Source: Marsupella aquatica
Taxonomy: Eukaryota > Plantae > Marchantiophyta
Reading direction: 5' to 3'
NCBI GenBank assembly: GCA_973895155.1
Contig: OZ316895.1
Span: 5,848,687 to 5,912,686 of the forward strand
Length of the DNA: 64,000 bases
Of this stretch, positions 52,901 through 64,000 are shown piece after piece (the first letter of the stretch is position 1; each line of letters opens with the position of its first letter). The notes under the pieces are model-generated. The model saw only the letters and a list, made by a program, of their open reading frames with translations, had not been told where the DNA came from and did not search any database. A program made the position numbers and the translations under genes.

Positions 52901-53807
52901 CGCCTTCACTCCTCGTCAAGTACCAATCCCGAGCTCAAAATGACCGCCTCGTCGCAATCAAACCGTTGAGCCATGGCACTTCACGTTTCTTCCACCAAGT
53001 CAGACGTCATGAAGAGAAACCCGGTTCAGATGGGAACAAGCTCCATAGCTTGTGAAAAAACCTGAACGCCTCCTTCACTCGTCACGTCACACTCGGTCAC
53101 AACTCGGCAGCAAATCAGCTACCGAAATGACCAGCTTGCTTCAACCTTCAACTTGAGCTATAATGTGCAATCCCTCCCGCACCGCACAGCTCACACCGTT
53201 GAAAAATGCAAACTTTGGTCTCTCCCCGAAAATACCGTCGAACACGAATAAAACCTGAACGACGCAAACTTCAATTCCTCCGCACCACGGATACCGATCA
53301 ACGAGTTCTAACCACCGTTAGAAAGCCCTCTCACTAACCTATCCTCACAGCCACACACATTCAAGTTTCATGCGACAAAACTCTGAATGTACCATCAACA
53401 ATGAACGCTGGAAAAACCTGTCACGAAAAAACCTTGTCACCTCCCAGGCATGCTCTGATACCACTTGTTGAGCATAGACGACATTCGCAACGGCAAGCCC
53501 ATGAACCATCCAACGCACAATAGTCAACAGAGAGATACGTGGTTCACCTCCACATGAGGCTACGTCCACGGGAACATACAAGAGCTTTACTGCACTCTAG
53601 GCCAACCGGCCATACCAAGCATCCACAGCACAAGCTCTCCCTATCTCTCAACTAGCTCCGTAACAATGAGCCTAAGTTCCACCAGGGTCTGGCATCAGCC
53701 CTGGCTATATACACAACAACACTATCGCTAACATTAGCTAAGTCCTAACCCGAGTTAGACTAACTATGGTTAGCTCATGAGTCACAAGACTAGAGCAATA
53801 TCTAACA
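46969..53807 (-). mobile_element. Full-length Ty1/copia LTR retrotransposon copy C (related subfamily, defective)
   Basis: LTRs 53466-53807 (5') and 46969-47312 (3'), PBS 53452-53463, PPT next to 47313, and TSD ACCAT/CCCAT (1 mismatch). Confidence 0.95.
47520..51791 (-). pseudogene. Copia C gag-pol with multiple stops and frameshifts
   Basis: KFEVEKYDG, zinc knuckle, WILDSACTFH, integrase ORF 49251-50393, RT YVDDML and RNaseH ORF 47520-48338. Confidence 0.93.
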
Positions 53808-54614
53808 CCCATGAGGTTGTAGAGGTCCAAAGTTCCATGATGGGGTAAAGTGAAGAGGAAAACTGGATTTATAAAATCTTGGGAGAACTACATTTGTGTG
53901 GATTGTTGTGGAAATTTTTGCGACATTGCTATATGGTGAATGCATGTTTGCATTTTTTTTTCTATTTGTTTTTGGCAAAATTAAATTGTTGATTAGCTTT
54001 TACAGTAAGGCATTTCTCATAATAATGGCTTCTGGAGTATTTTTGGACCCCTCTAGTCAAAAAATTAATTCTTGGTCATCTCAATTTATTTTCCCCCTCT
54101 AAAAAACATTTAAGTTTGCATTTTACCCCAGAATAAGCTATGTCTGGAAGAAAATTCGCAGATAGCAATTCCAAAGTAATGACTATTTGCCGCACAAAAC
54201 TTCTCAATAGTGTCACATGTCAAATGCCAGAAAAAAAACACTTATGAATCCACCCAGAAAAAACAATGTCGGAAAAAAATTGGGAGACAGCAACTGCAAA
54301 ATGATGATTTTCCTTTAAAAATCTATGCACATTATGAATCCCCAAAGTTATCCACAAAATGCTTCATAGTTTCATGAATCCAAGGACTTTGGTGGAGAAT
54401 TGAACCCCACACTGTATGTATATACAGTCCTCCAGGCAGAGTAACCCCCCTCCCCCCCTCTCTTCTTTCCTTCCCATTCACTTCCCACACAAAAAAAAAT
54501 TGTACATTGAATATGTTTGTTTATTCTCTCACTCTCATCTATAAACTTACCCTATCATAATCATTAAGTAAAAGATGAGAAATACTTCCTGTATTACTTA
54601 CTTGACACTCAGTT

Positions 54615-55835
54615 TTAGCCACTTACAGGGGATCTTGGCTCAGTCTTCACCTTGAAAAGACTCTTTCTTAAGAGTGTTGTGCTCCTTTTTCCTGCATCAA
54701 TATACACTTCTGCAGGTTCTATCTCTTCATCATCAAATAACATAATTATGTCTGGATTTGTCATCTTCTCCTTTCCTTTCTTAGACCTTGAAGAATGCTC
54801 TGCAGCCAATGCATCAATGGTCTCCAAATAATTATAGTTAGGAAATGGCTGTCTGTCTGCCAATGACACAAATTCGCCCAAAGAATCAGCAAATGTCACT
54901 CCCTTCTCAGGGACCTTCATTTCTGCAAACATATCATCAAAACGAACAGATTTTGGTTCCACTTTGGATTTCTTGAGAGAACTCTTTGTTGGAGATCCCT
55001 CAATCACTGTGCTCAGTTCAGGTATATCATCATCAGCTGACTCAGAATAATATCTGCCACAACCACCACTCCAAGCTTTTCTAAGAAAAACTTCTTCAAC
55101 ATCAGCTCTGCATACATTCATAGGATCAATAATACATTTCCAAAGACAAATCATTCTCTTCCTATCCATTCCTTGCCCATTCAAAGGAATAATCCAGCTT
55201 GCAGCAGGCATGAAGATCCCAGATTTCACCATCTTTGTTAATGTTGAAATGAATGTTGCATGCAAAGGTCTCTGTGACCTGTATTTATGCCACACATACT
55301 TTCTGTCAGCTACATTCTTGTTTGTTAAAGTTACTCTCGACTTCAGATCTGCTCTACCAAAAATAGAATGTAACTATTTTCCTACAATCACCTCTTCATC
55401 AGTAATGTTAAACAATGCTTGCTCAAAATGGGTAGCTCCTAAATCTTTCAAACAATAACCAATCATTCCTTTCCAAGTATGTAATTGTCTATTAGTCAAA
55501 CATTTACACATAACTTTACCAACAGGATTCATATTCTTCACCCCATGCCAACCCATATACTTTCTCACAAGAAAACCAAAAGACCTGGCGGATTTTGTTC
55601 TGGCTCTCACAACCATCTGAAAATGGAGATGATTCTCCAGTTCTCCCCTCTCAAGCCCAATCGCACCTGCCACACAATGATCAAGCATGAGACTATGGAG
55701 CTTATGAATTTCATCTTTATGAACATCACAACCCAGGTATCCTACACTGATACTCAATTCAAAAACACTGTCAACCAGAGAAGCCTCCTCCTTATCCTGC
55801 ACAGTAAGTCTTGCTTTTCGCTTTAAAGAAGCCAT
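54615..55835 (-). mobile_element. Replitron-like HUH (Rep, Y1) transposase gene, ~406 codons, with one in-frame TAG at 55374-55376; element ends not defined
   Basis: Rep motif I-like FELSISV, motif II ERGELENHLHFQMVV (HUH) and motif III MIGYCLKD (single YxxK). ORFs 55374-55850 and 54615-55295 are in the same frame and read ...VIVGK*LHSIFGRADLKSRVTLTNKNV... No helicase Walker motif. Confidence 0.8.
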
Positions 55836-56287
55836 GTTAACTTCGCACAAAGTGTTCTAGACTCTTGAAATTGCTTCTATGAATCTGTATTACGAATACA
55901 AGAATTCAGTTCAAAAAGATAAGTTGGATAAGTGTCAACTAATTTCACTATAAAAAAAGATTTTTCTTTTGACTCTACCACTGTTTCGTCCTCCCCTGTA
56001 TTCTCAGTTGCCTGCAAAATCCGAAATGGTCCAACAAGCAACTTCTCTTCACCTAACCTACATACCAGAAAACAAAATTCAATATCCCTAACACAATGTG
56101 ATGACTCTTTCTCTATGTTCTCAAGGATCACTTGGACTAAATCTTCAGGTGTGTAAGGAATGATGGTGATGTCTGCTCCTAGTTGTGATTCGCTGGACAT
56201 TCCTCTTCCTGGCAAGACAAGGCACAGAGAGAGCAAACACAAGGGACACAAGGCAAACACAAGTTAGCTGATGTTAGGGTGAATGAT

Positions 56288-56720
56288 AGACTCGGACTAT
56301 TAGTACTCTTGACAGACTCGGACTGTTAGTACTCTTGACAGACTCGGACTGTTAGTACTCTTGACAAACTCGAACTGTTAGTACTCTTGACAAACTCGGA
56401 CTGTTAGTAAGTATCCTGGATGAACTCAAATTGTTAGTAATCTTGATAAACTCAAACCTGTTAATAACCTTGACAGATTCAATGTTAGTAAATGACCTTG
56501 ATGTATTCAATGTTAGTACATAAACCTGATTGACTCACATTAGAAACACCTCTTCATCCACTTGAGACTCTTAGACAATATCCTTGACAAACTCAATGTT
56601 AGTAGATAATCGCGACTCTGATTGTTAGAGACACCTAAGGACTGTTAGTCATAGTTACAGAGAACCCAAACATTGTTAGTAGATAATCTGGACTGAGTGT
56701 TAGAGACACCTGAGGACTGG
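56288..56720 (-). repeat. 26-bp tandem array decaying into TGTTAG-containing repeats, upstream of the Rep ORF
   Basis: gactcggactgttagtactcttgaca, ~4.5 near-perfect copies, then diverged copies. Confidence 0.88.
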
Positions 56721-57889
56721 CAGTGAGACAGAGAACAAGACTCAGTGACAGAGAACCAAGACTTATAAAACGCAACACAATGTTAGAGACCACCTCCACT
56801 GACCCAAGTATCTGACAAAGGACTGAAGAGACCTGGACCAAACACTGGAGCGAGAACAAGATCAAGAGAAGATCAAAAGCTGAGAGAGCAAAGGCAAGAC
56901 AAAGATAATACTTCTCGAAGACTGAAGAACTGAATGGACTGATACAATGGAGTCCCCTTAAGTAGCAGGGATCAGGTTTTGTCTCCCCCCCAGATTAAAG
57001 GTTGAGGTTTGTATTGTCACTCAACTAAACCTTTAACCTAGAGACCAGAAAAAACATCGATCACCTAAGTGAAATGCTAAGTGAACAGTATTGTATATTT
57101 TCAAATCTCCAAGATACATGGAAACTATCTCCAACTTGTATACAAGCGCGGAGCAACAGTCAGATTGGGTCCAGCAGTAAACGAGTCCAGCCTTCTATTG
57201 TTGCCGCAGCCCCCATCAATCAACCCAAATCAGCCAGATCCAAATCAATCAATGAGCAAACACTCTCTCGAAAAAGACCGCTTACTCGTTAGAGCATGTG
57301 AGACACAGAAGAACGTTGGAGATGCTTAGCTTGCATGCTGCTGGTATAGTAAAGGCGAATAGACTCTAGCAGGAGTCCTCCACGACACGCTTTGCGTTGA
57401 GTGAGTGGTTCCACCGAGCAAATCAAATCCCTGCTTCCAGGTTTAAAGCAGGGAGGGGACGCAAATGCGCCCGAGAGATTTGGCCTTTGAAGCAGGACCC
57501 TAAATCGTAACGTTCCCTTCAAGAAGCCTTCAAATGGAGACCAGCAGCCAGCAAGCCCTGACTCTGGAAGTCTAAGAGACAGGGAGAACAGAACAGCAGA
57601 CCAGGAATGCTTGCTTCACGTCCGTGCTGTATCCAAAAGGAACATCTCCATGCCTTCACCTCTCCTCCCAAGTAACTCCTTCACACAACCGAAAGTGGGT
57701 GATCCGAACACAATCCAAAAGTGGGAGATTGGGCCTTGGGCCGAGGCGCAAGAAGCAGAGGCGCAGATCAAGGGAAGCGAGCGACGAGAAGCTGTGCAAG
57801 TCTTCGGGGCTTCATCAAACGTGGCCTCGGACTATCATCCAGCAGTGACAGCAGCAACGCTGCAGCCAGTAGCGCCTTGGACCCAACAA

Positions 57890-58950
57890 CGAGCAGCATC
57901 GAGAGGTCTAGCAGAGTCCAGCAACATCGAGAGCAAGCAGAGTTCAGCTACGAGCACCTACAGTAGCAGCGCTGCAGCTAAGTAGGGCCTCGGACGAGCA
58001 ACATCTACGAGAGCAAGCAGAGTTGATCGAGTGAAGCAAGTTGCGATCGAGTACAGCCTATGGAGGACCAGCAATGGTAGCAACCGAGTACAGCCTATGG
58101 AGGACCAGCGATGGTAGCAACGATCGAGAGCAAGCATGGAGATCAATCTATCGATGATTGATCAAGAGCCTAGAGTCCTAGAGAAACCAAGATCACATCA
58201 GCAGCATCGACAGCAGCTCTCCATGAAGTGGACCACGATAGCAGCACTCAGCCAGGAGCAAAGATCATATTGACAGCGAGTGCGAGAGCAAACAAAGGCA
58301 ACAGGAGAGCAGGAGATTAGCAGCATTGACCACGATAGATTGAAGCAGACCACGATAGATTGAAGGGGAGCAGGAGATCAGCAGCAGCATCGATCGAGCA
58401 AGGCAAGGCAGCAGCATCGATCGCAGACCACGATAGATTGAAGGGGAGCAGGAGATCAGCAGCAGCATCGATCGAGCAAGGCAAGGCAGCAGCATTGATC
58501 GCAGACCACGATAGATTGAAGGGGAGCAGGAGATCAGCAGCAGCATCGATTGAGCAAGCCACTCATCAACATCGATCGAGCAAGGCAAGGTAGCAGCATC
58601 GATCGAGTAGCAACACGAGAGACACAGCCATACCGAGCAGCATCCAAGCCACAGCGAGCAGCATCGACAGCAGCCGAGAAGCTCTTGCAGCTCCAAGCCA
58701 CAACGAGCACAAGCGAGAGAGCACAGGCCTGCCCCAGCATGCAACACGAGAGACACAGCCACCATCGATCGATTGCACCGAGAATAGACTTGCAGCTCCA
58801 AGCCACAGCGAGCACAGCGAGCACAATGCCCCAGCCTAGAAATTGATCGAAGCTGATTTGGGTTTGGCTGCAGTATCCCCAAAGCACCTTCGATCCCCAC
58901 CACTCGATCTTCCGACTTGATCCGATCCCCACCACTCGATCTTCCAACTT
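57890..58950. repeat. Complex CAG/ATCGAT-rich repeat block, including a 78-bp x~2.7 tandem (58345-58555) and shorter duplications
   Basis: gcagaccacgatagattgaaggggagcaggagatcagcagcagcatcgatcgagcaaggcaaggcagcagcatcgatc is repeated; cgagtacagcctatggaggaccagc x2; cgatccccaccactcgatcttcc x2. Confidence 0.85.
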
Positions 58951-60959
58951 GATTGTGGTCCTTGCTGCCCCTATAGATACGTTGTTGGGCCCTGCACTAC
59001 CAATGTACGTTTTTGAAAAATGGTGCTTTGCATACCTATTGCCTTGGATACCCGACTACTGCCTTGGATACTTCTGCTGCATCCTATACCCATATGACAA
59101 CATGACAGCCTATGACTGCATTGGATCCTCTCTGCCCTCGCTGTCTTTATGTGTCTGACTTGTGCTCCAACGTTCCTTTAAATCCCCACCCTGGTCAAAT
59201 TAAGTCCTAAATATACTCAGTTACCATACTCTATTTCTGTTGTAAAATGTGCATTCAATAAGACAAAATAGGCGTGCATTAGGATGAGAATGCTATATTA
59301 TAATAAGATTACCAGGTGTGCCCAGGATGTGTATGTCAACTGCTTACTAGGATGTGTCTCTGAAGCCCAACTTTGCAGGTTCAAACCATGCTCCAAGTGG
59401 GATTGGCTCGTAAAACTTGTGGATTTGGGAGTTCACCTCCCTGTTGAGGTTCTATTGACAGAGATGGGTTGAGATGCAGGGGTGAAAGTGCAATGACAAT
59501 ATTTGTGAGTCTCTTGGCAGTACTTTTCTCCTCTTCCTACATCATAGCAAACACCTCAAGAGTGCTTGGTGCCTTATAAATCACATCAAAAAGAATACCA
59601 AAATTTGTGTGACCGTCACCTGCCCAATTGGGTCAGTTCGCTGCAATTCATTTTAATTCAAAAGATGAAGGGGTGCCTTTGGACCTTCCAGTGTCCCAAA
59701 TGTATGCCTTCTCATTAGTGGGGTCTATCTTAAAGGGTAATTGTCATTGCCAAGTAACATGATGAAAAGCAGGAACTCCTTCATCTTTTGAACTCCACAA
59801 TGCTAGCTCGTTTCCACCTTCCAGAGGAAAAAAAAAAAAAAACCCAAAAGATCCCAAATGCCAAGTTGGCATAGGTGTGCCAAATGTGTTTCTTCGGTCT
59901 CCCAGAGGAGACAAGCTGTACGTGTGGACGATGCCTGGTTCTTTGACCAAGTGATGTTCTGGCATTCGGATTCGCCTAATGATATTGTTGGACATTTTTC
60001 TAACATCCCTAAAATCTATGCTCTAATCTCTTTTTAGAAGAACACTGCCAGAGCTCAGTACTTGACTGGACTATTCTATATCACTTTTGAAATGATATTA
60101 ATTTGTGCTTCCTTGTGGCCCCAGAGTCTGATAATACGCACAGGTCACACTACCTGTAGACAGCATATGCACGCACCGTGATTCCAATAATGAAATGAAA
60201 GAATAGGGGCAGTCATGTCACAACAGTGTTATAATTCAAATTCTACAAAGCCAAAAATGACTTGCTAAGCTAATTTACACCTACATCCGTATTTCTGGAC
60301 CTTGATGTTTCTTGACGTGCTGTGTATTGATGATAACAGCGTCAAAGTAACAGCTTTCTTCTTCCAAGATGACTGGGTAGGACAACTGTTCTCATCATGA
60401 ATACAACGATGTATACTTGCTTTGGCACCTGTGAATAGATGCCATTAACTTCCGTAACACCTCTTATCCGAGGTGTCTCAGAGTGCGCAATCTCCAATTG
60501 TGCTACCGTCTTGGCTTTAAAAGACCAATGATGCCTGAGTGGGGAAAAAAAACAATATCAGAATATCTATTGCGTGGGAACTCCAGAACAACATAGACTG
60601 ACATCCTAAACATAAAAGAGCAGTTCTTTAAGTTCTACAGCTCTTGAATTAAAACTAGATGCAACACATTAGTTTCTCAGAACAGTGTATTCTGCAAGTT
60701 CTTTGTTGCAAGAATTTCATACAGAAAACTCAAGGTCTAAATGACGAACGAAGTGCTAAAGGAAAGATAAATCTACGTTGTAAGCTGGCCTCTTGGAAGT
60801 TTTCAATTATTCAGAAGTCGTTGATCTTGCTTAATCTGCTTCATCATTATACTATCATGCCCAGAACCCAGATTAGAAATCAGAATACAGTTTGATACCT
60901 TGAAGGGTCAATGTCCAAGTCTGCCTGAACCCCAGAAGAACAGCTCAAAGTATTTGTCT

Positions 60960-63900
60960 TCAAGTTCTTGTTGAGGAAGCTGCTTGGCTCATCCTCTCCT
61001 GCGGAAAAGAAATCGGAAAATATCGATGAACAAAAATCTTCGGTCGTGATATACATTAGCAATCATCAGACGAACTGATTTTCCGCATCACTGAGGGTAG
61101 CCTATCAGACACCCATTCAGACTGGAAAAGCAATGAGACATGACACGCACCATCCCCAGAAGTTGTAGATGCGTCAACTTCAATGTCAGGTTAATGAGTA
61201 AACGGAATACTGATGACAACAATGGAAAGTAGGGAGGATTAGGTGAAAGCCCGCTACTCTACTGGCTTATCAAAGCATTTTGTTGCTGCTCTGGTTGGAC
61301 TAAGTTGCAGGACTAAGTTGCCTAAGACACTTAAGCCCAGTTTGCGAAGTTTCTAACCAGGGTCAAACTGAAGTACAGTACGATAACAATGACACAGCTT
61401 GCTGGTAGGTATTGACACCATGATTTCTTGTATTAGGTTGCTAAATATCGAATTGTACTTCCTGTTGGAAGATTGATTGTTACTTAGCTACTTCTTCCTG
61501 CTGAGCTCCAGAAGCAGGAAACTAAGGAGGCTTATTCACTCAACTGAACACACTCCGTAAGATCTTTTGCGTTCAGAGGAGAAGGATGCTAGGTTCGTCA
61601 AGTTCAACTGATCAAATAATAAATCACCTTTTCAGGTGACGAAGATTTATTTCATTGGACACTAAGAAATTTTGAATTATTACCAACAGAATGGAATTGA
61701 TTTTGCGTCAAACCTATTGTTCATTGTCTTACCTGTAGAAGGGATATCAATTTTGGATGTTTCTCCAACAGCTCGCGCAGCTTATTCTGGTCCTTAAGCA
61801 GCGTCTGCAGCAAAAAACAGTTTTACGCCAATGCAGGCACCGAGCACAAAAAAGACGCAAATGACAACGAGAACAACAAGACACGAAAGAAGTCAACCTT
61901 AGATTGTTTCCTACCTGGATGGCGTCTGGAGATGCCAACATTTGCTGCAACATTGCAGATGACTCCTGCTGCTGAGATCGCTGCTGTGGTTGAGGTGGTG
62001 CTGGTGTCGATGGTACTGGCGCTGCCGGGGTTGCTGGTTGCGTCTGTGGTATTGGTGGTGGCGCTGAAAGTGGAACCTGCCCATGCATAGGTAGAGGTCC
62101 CAGCAAGTGTTGCTGATGAAGAAGTTGCTGCACCTGCTGGGGCTGGGTATGCTGCATCAGCTGATGCTGCCGTGACTGTAATTGCTGTTGTTGGAGTTTC
62201 AAGGCATTCTGTTGCTGGAAGTGCAGATGTAGCTGTTGCTGCTGATGTGCTATATTATTGACAGGTAATGATGAAGCATGAGGTGTAGTTGGCCTACCAG
62301 CTGGCAAAGGAGGAGGTATATAAGACATGGGTTGAAGTGCGGACGGGAGGTTGTTGTTAAGTGGGGTAGAGATAGGCGATGGAACAGCTGTTGGAAATTG
62401 CATACTACCATGGTGTGGCGTACTATGTCCAACAGGAAGAGGAGGATTTACAGATGCCTGGGTGGACCTTCCAGGTATACTATATGGGACACCACTCTCA
62501 TCTACATAAACTGCATTAGGAACGTGTACTGGCCAGGGGGGCTCTGAGGTGTTAGACAGAGGGGTTCCCTTGGCAGTCGCCTCCGCAGGTGGCCATTGTG
62601 GCGTAGGGCCAGGAAGAGAAGGATACGGAGTAGCACCTGGCCGAGCTGAGAACATATTCGTAAGCGGTGATGGTAAGGTTGAGTCTAATCTATTCTGGGC
62701 AGCGTCTGGGTGCCATTGACTTACTGGAGGTGGTGGGGGTGGAAGAACTTGTCTGGACACATCTGTTGCTGTCCTCTCTCCATGCTTGTCAGGAGGCCGA
62801 GGCCTTGGATCAGTTGCATAAGAAGCTGAGACGACCCCCTTGCCCGAGCCACTGCTTGGATCTGTCACCGGAGTGGACGGCAGAGGCCTGTGGTCTAGTA
62901 CACCCATTGGCAAATTCATGTGCATGGGCTGAGAACTATGATGAGGCATTGCACTAAATGGAGATTGTTGAGTCAAAATGTTTGCTTGAGGTTCCCTTAT
63001 GCTATGTACAGCTTGAATGGGTTCCTTTGGTTGCCTTGTAGAATGAACTGAAGATGAGGTAAGCTGCCTTGCCTCCCTCACAGACGACAAATGTACTGGA
63101 TTCTGGGCATCCATTACTCTAACGGACGTACCACTATCCCTCGCTTGAGGATCAGGTGGAGGAGGCAACCCAGTCGTTGCTTGCATATTCTTGGCAGTTT
63201 GAGACTCAGATAGTTTTTCATTAATGGACGGTGGGGTTACAGCAGGCCGGTCGCCACCCGGGACCCTTGAGTTCGACTGTGGTTCTGATGGCCATGAATG
63301 AAATGGACTTGATGCTTTCTTGTCCGACATGGTACGAGCTGCATTGAGTGTCGACGTCCCAGATACTGTCTTGGCACGGAGATGTACCTGCTCGGCTGCC
63401 AAACCACTGACTGTCTGCACAAATTCTTCCTTCTGTGTTTGCACAAACCCAGCCAGATTTCGAGCCACGCTTGCTTGGAGAGTGACCTTGCTTTGAAGAA
63501 GCAGCATATCAGCAACCTGTGGAGTTTTGACACTGTGAACAGAATCGGTAGTGGTACTTATGGAGCTTGACGAGCTGGATGTTTTCTCGGACTTCACATC
63601 TGCAGTAGTGGAGGGTGCAGAAGCACCGCGATGAGAAGCCTCTCGATTACTGACAACTGGCGCTACTGCAGCGCTTTCTGCAACTGAAACCTCTTCCCAT
63701 TGCTGCTCAGAACCTTTGTCCTGAGGGGTGATACTTCTTTGACCATCTTCCTTTGCCATCTTGTTAGGTCCGTTAGCTAATCCTGAATGGCCTTTTCTGC
63801 CCGTGTCCAATACTGGGAGACTAGAATTCCTGGACAATTGGTGGTCATCAATTCCGCTGTTCGTGGCTGACAATTGTTGACGCTCCTGCTGCTTTGCCAT

Positions 63901-64000
63901 AAACTCATCCACATGTATTGAAGGAGGCCTTCCACTACCAGAAGTAGAGCGCTGAATTGGTGCCGGACTACTTCCACTAGTAACCACCTCACTTCTTTCA
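60960..64000 (-). CDS. VIR: VIRILIZER (VIRMA/KIAA1429 homolog, m6A writer subunit), 3' part; exons >64000-61915, 61804-61733, 60998-60960
   Basis: Signature SGRPPSIHVDEFM. The spliced C-terminus ASPDAIQ|TLLKDQNKLRELLEKHPKLISLLQ|ERMSQ... matches the plant VIR end (SPEAIQ.LL.D..KL.QLLE.HPKL..MLQE). GT-AG sites are all phase 0; the choice of last exon is less certain. Confidence 0.88.

Noticed and set aside
58265-58947. 212-aa and 137-aa ORFs
   Set aside because: They mirror the 78-bp tandem repeat and have no domain features.
61747-61914. C-terminal tail of the 746-aa ORF (VGNNLR...NIQN)
   Set aside because: Read-through into intron 61805-61914; the spliced frame restores the conserved VIR end.

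Overview
Eukaryotic nuclear DNA, most likely from a seed-free land plant (bryophyte, lycophyte or fern), judged from the plant gene families, TTTAGGG motifs, Ty1/copia elements and a Replitron-like HUH transposase. Host genes are an intronless, bacterial MntH-like NRAMP transporter (9-1694), a two-exon trihelix/Myb-SANT gene (13453-14557), two convergent paralogous F-box genes (27075-28280 and 32688-33944) with a decayed gamma-glutamyl peptidase exon between them, and the 3' exons of VIRILIZER (60960 to the window end, minus strand). The rest is mostly transposon-derived. There are three related copia elements with TSDs (34927-38400 internally deleted, 40019-46878, 46969-53807), a solo LTR sitting inside a LINE remnant, a Helitron-like repeat block with stacked 3' ends, three different MITEs, a satellite, and a Y1 HUH (Rep) transposase gene with one premature stop and a repeat-rich upstream region. 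The strongest second-look signals are the Replitron-like element and its leader, an in-frame TGA conserved between gag and pol in all three copia copies, a long hairpin formed by two tail-to-tail LTRs, a mosaic copia copy, and an 18-bp cis-element array in one LTR type. All identifications were made by eye; no searches were run.
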